Below, piece by piece: positions 56,010-64,000 of a DNA stretch of 64,000 nucleotides; the stretch's first letter is position 1; each line of letters opens with the position of its first letter. Source of the stretch: Gemmatimonadota bacterium (GTDB lineage: Bacteria > Gemmatimonadota > Gemmatimonadetes > Palauibacterales > Palauibacteraceae); NCBI GenBank assembly GCA_963666735.1, contig OY762926.1, positions 832,001 to 896,000 of the forward strand. The letters are read 5' to 3'. The notes beneath the pieces are model-generated. The model worked only from the letters and a program-made list of their open reading frames with translations, made no database searches and was not told the origin of the DNA. Both the position numbers and the translations under genes were made by a program.

Positions 56010-57844
56010 CCGCCCGCCTGCGCCGGAGGCGCTTCCGCCGGACGGACGCCGGGCGTTTCCTCGGGCGGCAGGCCGAGCGTCTCGAGGTGACGGTCCACGA
56101 TCCCGGCGGCGAGAGGCACGGCCAGCGACGGGGCCCCGTCCGGGTGCCCGTGCTCCACAATCGCCGCGATCACGATGCGCGGATCGTAGGCGGGCGCGAA
56201 CCCCACGAACCAGGAATGGGGCGGGCCGTGCGAGTTCTGGGCCGTTCCGGTTTTCCCGGCCAGAGTCCAGCGGGCCAGGCGGCTGCCGTACGCGGTGCCG
56301 CCGGGCTCATTCACGACCCGCGCCATGGCGTCGACGAGTTGGCCCCGCTGGACCTCGGGAAGATCGAGCGTCCAATCCGCGCGCTGCTGCGCGAGCATCT
56401 CATCCCGCACGAGGTGGGGTTTGACGGGGGTCCGCCCCGTCGCCAGCGCCGCGTAAAACTGAGCCATCGCCAGTGGCGACTGCGCGTTTTCGCCCTGTCC
56501 GATCGAGAGGTTCCACACGACGGCCTCGGTCCACCCCCCGGGCCCCAGCTGGGTGTCGTACCACTGTCTGGAATCCGGGAAGTCACCCGGCCTCTCGGAC
56601 GGGAGGTCGATCCCCGTCCTGCGCCCGAAGCCGAACTCCCCGACTCCCCCGAGGAGCGGGTCGAGCCCGATGCGCTGCCCCGCCTGATAGAACCAGACAT
56701 TGCACGAATGCTTGATCGCTTCGGAGAGATTCAGGCGCCCGTGCCCGCCCGACAGCCAACAGCGGAAGAAGCGGGTGGAGTACCGGAGCCCGCCCCGGCA
56801 TGCATCCGTGTGATACGTGTCGATCGTGAAGTCGCCCGTCTTCATTCCGATGGCGGACATGATGAGCTTCCAGGTGGATCCCGGCGGATAGGAAGCCATG
56901 GAGACCCGGTTCAGCAGAGGGTTGTCCGGGTGTTCGCGAAGCGAGTTCCACAGGTCGAGGGGGATGCCGCCGATGAACGCGTTGGGGTCGAAGGTCGGGT
57001 GGCTGTAGAGCAGGAGCACTTCTCCGGTGGCAGGGTCCAGCGCCACGACGCCGCCCCGCATTCCTTCGGGAAACACCGAATCCGCGTACACCTGCAGGTC
57101 GAGATCGATGCCGAGATGCAGATCATCTCCGGGCACCGGAGGCTGCGCCTGCGCGACCCCCAGATCCCGCACGATCGTACCCAGAGCGCTCACTTCCACG
57201 TAACGGATCCCGTTGCGCCCGGCCAGCCTGTGCTCGTACTGCTGCTCCAGCGCCCGCTTCCCGACCGACTGGCCGGACTCGTAGCCGGCATACTCGGGTC
57301 GCGTCAGTTCCTCCTGGCTTATCTCCCCCACGTATCCGATCATGTGCGCGACCGCGGGCCCCGCCGGATAGCGCCGGTGCGGCCTCTGATCCACGACGAT
57401 GCGCCGAAACCGGGGTCGGCGTTCCTCGATAAACGCGACCTGCTCGAAATTCGCGTTCTCACGCACGACCAGAGCCTCGCCGGGACGCGCTCGATTGCGC
57501 GACAACAACGCGGCGCGCCGCTCGGGCGTAAGTTCCAGCCGCTCCGCGAGGCGATCGAGTCCGGCCGAGATGGAGTCGCCGGGACCCGGCAGCATCGACA
57601 CATCGTAGCCGGGTATGTTGTCCGCGATAGCCCGCCCATAGCGGTCGTAGATGGTCCCGCGCGGCGCCGGAACCGTGATGGTGCGCAGCCGGTTCTCGCT
57701 CGAACGGAGCGTGTAAAACTCGGCGCTGAAGATCTGGAGACTGACGAACCCGGCGGCGACGACCGACAGGCAGAAGAAGATCGCGCCCGCCGCCCAGCGG
57801 CCTCGCTGCCTTCGGATCGAGCGGTGTCCGTTGTCGCCCTTCAC
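56006..57844 (-). CDS. mrdA: Penicillin-binding protein 2
   Basis: APRG.IYDR, PGSTWK (SxxK), SCN, KTGTAQ. Confidence 0.95.
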   Translation of the reverse strand: MKGDNGHRSIRRQRGRWAAGAIFFCLSVVAAGFVSLQIFSAEFYTLRSSENRLRTITVPAPRGTIYDRYGRAIADNIPGYDVSMLPGPGDSISAGLDRLAERLELTPERRAALLSRNRARPGEALVVRENANFEQVAFIEERRPRFRRIVVDQRPHRRYPAGPAVAHMIGYVGEISQEELTRPEYAGYESGQSVGKRALEQQYEHRLAGRNGIRYVEVSALGTIVRDLGVAQAQPPVPGDDLHLGIDLDLQVYADSVFPEGMRGGVVALDPATGEVLLLYSHPTFDPNAFIGGIPLDLWNSLREHPDNPLLNRVSMASYPPGSTWKLIMSAIGMKTGDFTIDTYHTDACRGGLRYSTRFFRCWLSGGHGRLNLSEAIKHSCNVWFYQAGQRIGLDPLLGGVGEFGFGRRTGIDLPSERPGDFPDSRQWYDTQLGPGGWTEAVVWNLSIGQGENAQSPLAMAQFYAALATGRTPVKPHLVRDEMLAQQRADWTLDLPEVQRGQLVDAMARVVNEPGGTAYGSRLARWTLAGKTGTAQNSHGPPHSWFVGFAPAYDPRIVIAAIVEHGHPDGAPSLAVPLAAGIVDRHLETLGLPPEETPGVRPAEAPPAQAGG

Positions 57845-57854
57845 ATCCTCCCCC

Positions 57855-58316
57855 TCACCTGGTGACCGCCGAAACCAGCCGTGTCGCGACCCAGCACAGC
57901 GCGGTCGTCAGCGCGGCCGATCCGACCCCATAGGCGAACAGGACGCCCGCCGACGCATCCGCGCCGACGAAGATCGCAAGCGCAGACCGCAGGAACGCCG
58001 TCCCGAAAAAGACGAAAGCCGGTGTGACCGTGTCCGAATCCGAATAGATCAACCGCCGCACCCAGCCGACGAGCGCCCCCGTCAGCGAGAAGAGTAACAT
58101 CGTGAAGCCCATCGGTCCCAGCGCAATCGACGCCTCCATGAGGCCGAGCACGCACCCGAAGCCCGCGGCCCGTCCCCATCGGAGTTGCAACGAACCCAGA
58201 ATCAATCCGCCGGCGAGGAGGTCGGGCGGAACCGGCCATCGGCTCCAGAGGGGGTGCAGGGCGAAGTGCAGGACCAGCAGCAGGGCGGCGACAAACCACT
58301 TCCCGGCCGGACTCAT
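57855..58316 (-). CDS. mreD: Rod shape-determining protein MreD
   Basis: Hydrophobic 153 aa with PDLL motif, between mreC and mrdA. Confidence 0.8.
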   Translation of the reverse strand: MSPAGKWFVAALLLVLHFALHPLWSRWPVPPDLLAGGLILGSLQLRWGRAAGFGCVLGLMEASIALGPMGFTMLLFSLTGALVGWVRRLIYSDSDTVTPAFVFFGTAFLRSALAIFVGADASAGVLFAYGVGSAALTTALCWVATRLVSAVTR

Positions 58317-59218
58317 CGACGGGCCGGCGCCGTGTCGGTCGGCGCAGGCTCGGGTTCCGCCGGCGCAGACGCCGTGTCCGCCTCGATATCCGTCTCAATG
58401 TCCGCCGGCAACGCCGGCCGATGCCACACGAACACGTCCCTGACCTTTTCGGGACGCACGGAGGGCTCGACGATATAGCGCTTCATCCAGCCCGCCTCCG
58501 GCTCGCCGGCTTCGCGGATGTGCCCCACCGGAACGCCCGGCGGATAGACGCCGGCAATCCCCGTCGTGACCAGCAGCGTCCCCGCGGGGATGTCCGCCTG
58601 GAAGGGCGCGCCCTCGAGGAGGAGCACCGGTTGCCCTCCTTCCGCGCGCCACGGCCGCACGAGCCCCGATACGCCCCCCTCATCCGCCAGCACGCTGACC
58701 CGGAAGTCGGGATGGCTCCAGAATTCGCCCCGCCCCCCTCGTCCGTGAGGGGCTCTGACGACACCGACGAGCCCGATGCCGGTGAAGACGCCCACGGGGA
58801 ACTCACGGCCGCGAAAATCCGGTCCCGACAACACGAACAGGTCCGGGTTGCCGACATGGGGGCGTCCCGGGTAGACGACCGCCGGCGCGACGGAGCCCGC
58901 GGGGAGCGCCGGGAGAGGCTGTGTCGAAGACTCGTCCCGGATCGGCGCCGTGCGGTCCCGGTAGCGCAGCAGGAGTTCCGTGAGCGAGTCCCGCTCCGTC
59001 AGCAGGCCTGCGACGCGACACTCGATCTGTCCCCGCTCGGCACCGAAGCGATGGAGCAGCAGGAACGGATAGAGCGCGGTGGCGCGGACCGCGGACTCCA
59101 CCTGGCTTTGATGTGCGCTGGACAGACCCGCGGCGATACCGCTGAAGATGATGGCGAGGGAGAAGACGACGACATCGAGAAGCCTGCGACCCTGCGGCCG
59201 GACGCCCTGATAACTCAC
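58313..59218 (-). CDS. mreC: Rod shape-determining protein MreC
   Basis: GLVGVV, TTGIAGVYP.GVPVG; follows mreB. Confidence 0.85.
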   Translation of the reverse strand: MSYQGVRPQGRRLLDVVVFSLAIIFSGIAAGLSSAHQSQVESAVRATALYPFLLLHRFGAERGQIECRVAGLLTERDSLTELLLRYRDRTAPIRDESSTQPLPALPAGSVAPAVVYPGRPHVGNPDLFVLSGPDFRGREFPVGVFTGIGLVGVVRAPHGRGGRGEFWSHPDFRVSVLADEGGVSGLVRPWRAEGGQPVLLLEGAPFQADIPAGTLLVTTGIAGVYPPGVPVGHIREAGEPEAGWMKRYIVEPSVRPEKVRDVFVWHRPALPADIETDIEADTASAPAEPEPAPTDTAPARR

Positions 59219-59245
59219 CGGCGGCGATTCAGAAGGGGCTCGGCG

Positions 59246-60280
59246 TCAACTCGTGAGAACTCCACGATACCGCCCGAACTCATCGAGGATCTTCCCGCAC
59301 CCACGCACGACGCAGGTAAGCGGCTCCGCATCGACGTGGATCGGGAGCCCCGTCTCCTCGCCCAGCAGCGTATCCAGCCCCCGCACGAGGGCGCCGCCCC
59401 CCGTCATGACGACACCCCGATCCACGATATCGGAGGCAAGTTCCGGCGGCGTGATCTCGAGCGCCCGCCGTACCGCGGCCACGATCTGCTGGATCGGCTC
59501 CTGGAGACACTCGCGGACCTCGGCCGAATGCACCCGCACGGTCTTCGGAATGCCGGAGACGAGATCCCGCCCCTTGACCAGCATCTCCTTGTCGTCGTCC
59601 GTCGGATAGGCCGATCCGATCTGGATCTTGACGGCTTCCGCCGTCGGCTCGCCGATGAGAAGGTTGTAGTTCTTGCGGAGGAAGGAGACGATCGTCGAGT
59701 CGAGTTCGTCGCCGCCGACCCGGATCGACGTATCCGCGACCGATCCCGAAAGCGCGATGACGGCGATCTCGCTCGTTCCGCCCCCGACGTCGATGATCAT
59801 GTTGCCGGTCGGCGTCTCCACCGGCAGTCCGACGCCGACCGCCGCCGCCATCGGTTCCGCCACCATGTAGACTTCCTTGGCGCCGGCGGCATGCGCGCTG
59901 GACCGGACCGCCCGGCGTTCGAGTTCCGTGATTCCGGACGGCACGCCGACCACGACGAGCGGCCGGATCTTGAAGAACCGCGTGGTCATCACTTCCTTGA
60001 GGAAGTAGCGGATCATCATCTCCGTGATGTCCACGTCGGCGATGACCCCATCCTTCAACGGGCGAACCGCTTCGATTCCGCTCGGCGTGCGGCCGAGCAT
60101 ACGCTTGGCCGCGAGGCCGATCCCCTCGATGCGTCCCGTTTCCTTGCGCACCGCGACGACCGACGGTTCGTTGAGGACGATGCCCTCGCCTTCAACGTGT
60201 ACGAGGGTGTTCGCGGTCCCCAGATCCACTCCGATCTTGCTGATCGGCAGGAAGTTGCCCCGTAGCGACCACTTTCCCAT
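59246..60280 (-). CDS. mreB: Rod shape-determining protein MreB
   Basis: DLGTANT, EPSVVA, DVGGGT, TGGGAL. Confidence 0.97.
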   Translation of the reverse strand: MGKWSLRGNFLPISKIGVDLGTANTLVHVEGEGIVLNEPSVVAVRKETGRIEGIGLAAKRMLGRTPSGIEAVRPLKDGVIADVDITEMMIRYFLKEVMTTRFFKIRPLVVVGVPSGITELERRAVRSSAHAAGAKEVYMVAEPMAAAVGVGLPVETPTGNMIIDVGGGTSEIAVIALSGSVADTSIRVGGDELDSTIVSFLRKNYNLLIGEPTAEAVKIQIGSAYPTDDDKEMLVKGRDLVSGIPKTVRVHSAEVRECLQEPIQQIVAAVRRALEITPPELASDIVDRGVVMTGGGALVRGLDTLLGEETGLPIHVDAEPLTCVVRGCGKILDEFGRYRGVLTS

Positions 60281-60464
60281 CTAGCGGGCCGCCCTTTCGG
60301 GCCGGCGCGAGAACGGTGGGCTGAAGGACACGGGTGGGACACCTCCAAGGCGGCGAATCGTACCGGAGACAGCCAGTCCGGATGAGGGACGCCGAAATGT
60401 AAACGTACTCTCGGACGTGGGAAAGTCGCCCCTCAACTCCCCGCTCGCCCCCGGTTTCCCGGGC

Positions 60465-61580
60465 TCACGCGGAGAGCGCCCGCAGGGGCGTGTATTCGAG
60501 ATCGAACGCCTGCGCCACGGCCTCGTACGTGACCCGCCCTCCCGCGATGTTGACGCCCAGTGCGAGGTCCGGATTCTCGTCGCACGCGACGGCCCAGCCT
60601 CGATTCGCCAGGTTCAGGATGTAGGGGAACGTCGCGTTCGTCAGGGCCAGGGTGGAGGTTCTCGGGACTGCCCCCGGCATGTTCGCCACGCAGTAATGGA
60701 TCACGCCGTGGACGGTGTAGGTGGGATCGTTGTGCGTGGTCGGGCGCGCGGACTCGACGCAGCCGCCCTGATCCACGGCCACATCGACGATCACGGAACC
60801 GCCCTTCATCCGCCGCAGGTCGTCGTGCCGCACGAGTTTCGGCGCCTTCCCGCCAGGTACGAGCACAGCACCGATCACGACGTCCGCGCGTGCGATCTGG
60901 TCCAGGATCGAGTGGCGGTTCGAGTAGAGCGTATCCACGTTGGCCGGCATGACCTCCGCCAGGTACCGAAGGCGCGGCAGATTGACGTCGAGAACCGTCA
61001 CGTGGGCGCCGAAGCCCGCCGCGATCGTCGCCGCGTTCGCGCCCACGACCCCTCCCCCGAGGATGACGACTTCGGCTGGAAGAACCCCGGGCACGCCGCC
61101 GAGAAGGATCCCGTACCCGCCGGTGATTCGCTCCAGGTTCCTGGCTGCCTGCTGGATCGCCATCCGCCCCGCGACTTCGGACATCGGCGTCAGGAGCGGG
61201 AGTTCGCCGGTCGGAAGCTGGACCGTCTCATAGGCGATCGCGACGCAGCCGCTCTCGAGCGTCCGGCGCGTCAGGCGTTCGTCGGCCGCGAAGTGGAAGT
61301 ATGTGAAGACGACCTGGTCGACCCGCAGCCGATCGTATTCGGCTTCGATGGGTTCCTTGACCTTCACGACGAGTTCGGCCCGATCCCATACCTCGTCCGC
61401 CGTCTCCAGCACCTGCGCGCCCGCAGCCACGTACATCTCGTCCGGAAAGCCGCTGCGCAGCCCCGCGTCGCGTTCGACGCACACCTCGTGTCCCGCCGCG
61501 ACGAGCGCGGTCGCGCCGGCCGGCACGAGGGCCACGCGGTTTTCGTCGGGCTTTATCTCCTTCGGTACGCCAACGATCAT
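60465..61580 (-). CDS. ald: Alanine dehydrogenase
   Basis: MIVGVPKEIK..ENRV, KVKEP, PMSEVAG, GGGVVG, DQGG, VANMPG. Confidence 0.95.
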   Translation of the reverse strand: MIVGVPKEIKPDENRVALVPAGATALVAAGHEVCVERDAGLRSGFPDEMYVAAGAQVLETADEVWDRAELVVKVKEPIEAEYDRLRVDQVVFTYFHFAADERLTRRTLESGCVAIAYETVQLPTGELPLLTPMSEVAGRMAIQQAARNLERITGGYGILLGGVPGVLPAEVVILGGGVVGANAATIAAGFGAHVTVLDVNLPRLRYLAEVMPANVDTLYSNRHSILDQIARADVVIGAVLVPGGKAPKLVRHDDLRRMKGGSVIVDVAVDQGGCVESARPTTHNDPTYTVHGVIHYCVANMPGAVPRTSTLALTNATFPYILNLANRGWAVACDENPDLALGVNIAGGRVTYEAVAQAFDLEYTPLRALSA

Positions 61581-61603
61581 CTTCGTTCCCTTCCAGGGGA
61601 TGC

Positions 61604-62854
61604 TCAGGTCGCGTCTGTTGCGGATCGTCCCCGGGCGGGGCCGGGCGCCAACTCGAGCGTCGCGAGCCGTTCGGGTGAGAAGTATGCGGCGGCCTCGCGA
61701 CATTGTGCGCGGTCGACCGCGTCGATTCTCCCCGCCACCTCGTCCAGGGTGCGGTACTCGTGGCCGTACAGGGCGACGCCCGCAAGCCGGTTCATTCGGC
61801 TGGCGGGCGATTCGAGCGAGATCAGGAACTGGCCCTTCAACTGGCTGCGAGTGTCGTCCAGTTCCTGCCGCGTCAATCCGTCCCGTGCCAGGAGGGCCAG
61901 TTCCTCCTGCAGCGCCTCGCGCGCATCCCCCGCGGTTTCGGGCCGGGTTCCGACGTAAGCGCCGACGTGACCGGCCTGCGCATAGAACCCGTGGAAGCTG
62001 TACACGGCGTAGGCGAGACCCCGCGTTTCGCGGATCCTCTGGAAGAGCCGTGAACTCATTCCGCCCCCGAGGGCGGTCGCGGTGACATGGACGGCGTAGC
62101 GAAGGGGGTCGCGGTACGGAACGGAGAGCCCCCCCGTCACGATGTGCGTCTGCCGGCCGCCCTCGCGCCGCATGCGCCGGAAGCCCGATTCGCCGGCCGG
62201 CGGCGGAGGGTCGGCAGCTGCGGGGGCGGGAGCCCGGTCCGGAAGCCAGCGCGCCAGACCGTCCACGAGGTCCCCGTGCTCCACCGCTCCGGCCGCCGCC
62301 ACGACGACGTTCCCCGGCCGGTACGCGCGTTCGTGCAGTGCCGCCAGCGCGGACACGGAAAGCCCTCTCACCGACTCGCGGGTGCCGAGGATCGGTTCGC
62401 CATACGGGTGCCCGCCGTAGAGCGCGCGCGCATGCTCCTCGAAGACGATGTCCTCCGGCACGTCCGCCGCGGAGGCGATCTCCTCCAGCACGACCTCGCG
62501 TTCCACGTCCAGGTCGTCTCCGGAGAGCCGCGGAAAAAAGGCGAGGTCGCACAGCACATCGAGCGCGATACCGAGAGCCGCCGCCGGCACGCGCGCCTGA
62601 AATGCGGTGAACTCGTGGGTCGTATACGCGTCCAGCGCCCCACCGAGCCGTTCCAGCTCCCAGGCGAGATCGCGCGCGGAGCGCCGGCGCGTCCCCTTGA
62701 AGACCATGTGCTCCAGCAGATGGGACGCGCCGCCGTGTTCGGCATCCTCGTGGACACGGCCCTGCCGCACCCAGAGGCCGATGGCGACGGAACGCACGGA
62801 ATCCATGCGCTCGCTGAGCACGGTGGGGCCATCCGGGAGACAGGTCCGGTACAC
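61604..62854 (-). CDS. M16-family zinc peptidase
   Basis: HLLEH (HxxEH), [21 protein letters not shown]. Confidence 0.92.
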   Translation of the reverse strand: MYRTCLPDGPTVLSERMDSVRSVAIGLWVRQGRVHEDAEHGGASHLLEHMVFKGTRRRSARDLAWELERLGGALDAYTTHEFTAFQARVPAAALGIALDVLCDLAFFPRLSGDDLDVEREVVLEEIASAADVPEDIVFEEHARALYGGHPYGEPILGTRESVRGLSVSALAALHERAYRPGNVVVAAAGAVEHGDLVDGLARWLPDRAPAPAAADPPPPAGESGFRRMRREGGRQTHIVTGGLSVPYRDPLRYAVHVTATALGGGMSSRLFQRIRETRGLAYAVYSFHGFYAQAGHVGAYVGTRPETAGDAREALQEELALLARDGLTRQELDDTRSQLKGQFLISLESPASRMNRLAGVALYGHEYRTLDEVAGRIDAVDRAQCREAAAYFSPERLATLELAPGPARGRSATDAT

Positions 62855-62940
62855 CTCCCGGTCGAGCCGGCCTCCCGTTCCGGCAAGCGGCCGCAGGTCC
62901 CGAGCCGGCCCGCGCGCAGGCGGGCCGGGATGCGACGTGA

Positions 62941-64000
62941 TCAGGCGTTCTCGACGGGCGTGAGGGCGGCGCGCCGCGACAGCTTGAGACGCCCGCGGTC
63001 ATCCACGGCGAGGAGTTTCACCTTCACCTCGTCGCCGGGGCTCACCACGTCCTCCGTCTTCGAGGTGCGCCCTTCCTCGAGTTCCGAAATGTGGCACAGG
63101 CCCTCGACCCCGGGGATGATCTCGACGAAGGCGCCGAAGTCCGTCGTGTTCTTTACGACACCGCGGTAGATCCGCCCGACCTCCGGCTCCTGTACGATGC
63201 CTTCCACCATCTCGCGCGCATGCTGCGCGCCTTCGCCCGAGGGCGCCGCGATGGTAACGGTGCCCGAGTCGTCGATGTTGACCTCGGTGCCCGTCTCCTC
63301 CTGGATCATCCGGATCGTCTTCCCCTTCGGCCCGATGACCTCGCCGATCTTCTGGGGGTTGATCTGCAGCGTGACGATCCGCGGCGCGTGCGGCGACATC
63401 TCCTCTCGGGCCGCCTCGAGCTTCTCGTTCATCGCCGCGAGGATCCGCAGCCGGGCGTCGCGCGCCCGGGCCAGAGCCTCCCGCAGCGTGTCTACGGAGA
63501 GCCCGTCGGCCTTGATGTCCATCTGGACCGCCGTGATCCCGCGCTCGGTGCCGGCGATCTTGAAGTCCATGTCGCCGAGGGCGTCCTCCACGCCGAGGAT
63601 GTCGGTCAGGACCTCGACCTTGTCGCCCTCCTTGACGAGGCCCATCGCGATCCCCGCGCACGGAGCGCGCATGGGAACGCCGGCATCCATGAGGGAGAGC
63701 GATCCGCCGCAGACGGAAGCCATCGAACTCGACCCGTTCGACTCCAGGATATCGGAGACGACCCTGATCGTGTACGGAAAATCCTCGTACGCCGGGAGCA
63801 GGGCCTGGAGCGCGCGCTCGGCGAGCATGCCGTGGCCCGTTTCACGGCGGCTGGTGCCCCGGAACATCCGCACTTCGCCCGTGGCAAAGCCGGGGAAATT
63901 GTAGTGGAGCATGAAGGACTTCGAGGTTTCCTCGCGTACATCGACGGAATCGATCCGCTGCTCGTCCCGCACCGTTCCGAGCGTCGTCACCGCGAGCGCC
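62941..64000 (-). CDS. pnp: Polyribonucleotide nucleotidyltransferase (3' part)
   Basis: [29 protein letters not shown] and S1 domains. Confidence 0.97.
   Translation of the reverse strand, partial: ALAVTTLGTVRDEQRIDSVDVREETSKSFMLHYNFPGFATGEVRMFRGTSRRETGHGMLAERALQALLPAYEDFPYTIRVVSDILESNGSSSMASVCGGSLSLMDAGVPMRAPCAGIAMGLVKEGDKVEVLTDILGVEDALGDMDFKIAGTERGITAVQMDIKADGLSVDTLREALARARDARLRILAAMNEKLEAAREEMSPHAPRIVTLQINPQKIGEVIGPKGKTIRMIQEETGTEVNIDDSGTVTIAAPSGEGAQHAREMVEGIVQEPEVGRIYRGVVKNTTDFGAFVEIIPGVEGLCHISELEEGRTSKTEDVVSPGDEVKVKLLAVDDRGRLKLSRRAALTPVENA

Noticed and set aside
60465..63002. 845-aa ORF suggesting an extended alanine dehydrogenase
   Set aside because: The upstream part is an alternate frame of the M16 peptidase; Ald begins at 61580

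Overview
GC-rich bacterial chromosomal window, mostly housekeeping genes and largely on the minus strand. Gene content and order suggest Gemmatimonadota (inference from recalled gene order, no search run). From the right end leftwards on the minus strand: pnp (partial), M16 peptidase, ald, mreBCD-mrdA-rodA-accD-folC-Brx-hisS-guaA-Nif3; clpB and a lipoprotein; trxA, rsmI, an uncharacterised envelope cluster (DUF4175-like, TPR, secreted GATase-like, TonB-like); valS, a repeat-rich Ig-like lipoprotein, selA-purN-purH, msrP; a caa3 oxidase operon; an orphan E1-alpha, rnz, an aroA-cmk fusion, rpsA, an LpoA-like gene; the propionyl-CoA carboxylase/methylmalonyl-CoA mutase cluster, an FmdB zinc ribbon, argS and a PfkB kinase (partial). 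The plus strand carries DUF4159, an IS1202-like element, mce plus a GT2, an OPT remnant, a lipoprotein and mlaEFD. No rRNA, tRNA or CRISPR array was seen. Best leads: the four-gene envelope cluster; dense D-(S/T)-(A/I/L/V/T) motifs suggesting Bacteroidota-type O-glycosylation; an ATC start for rnz; a structured rpsA leader; an A/T-ending codon patch inside valS; an internally deleted OPT gene; and an IS with a 17-bp imperfect duplication beside the cox promoter.
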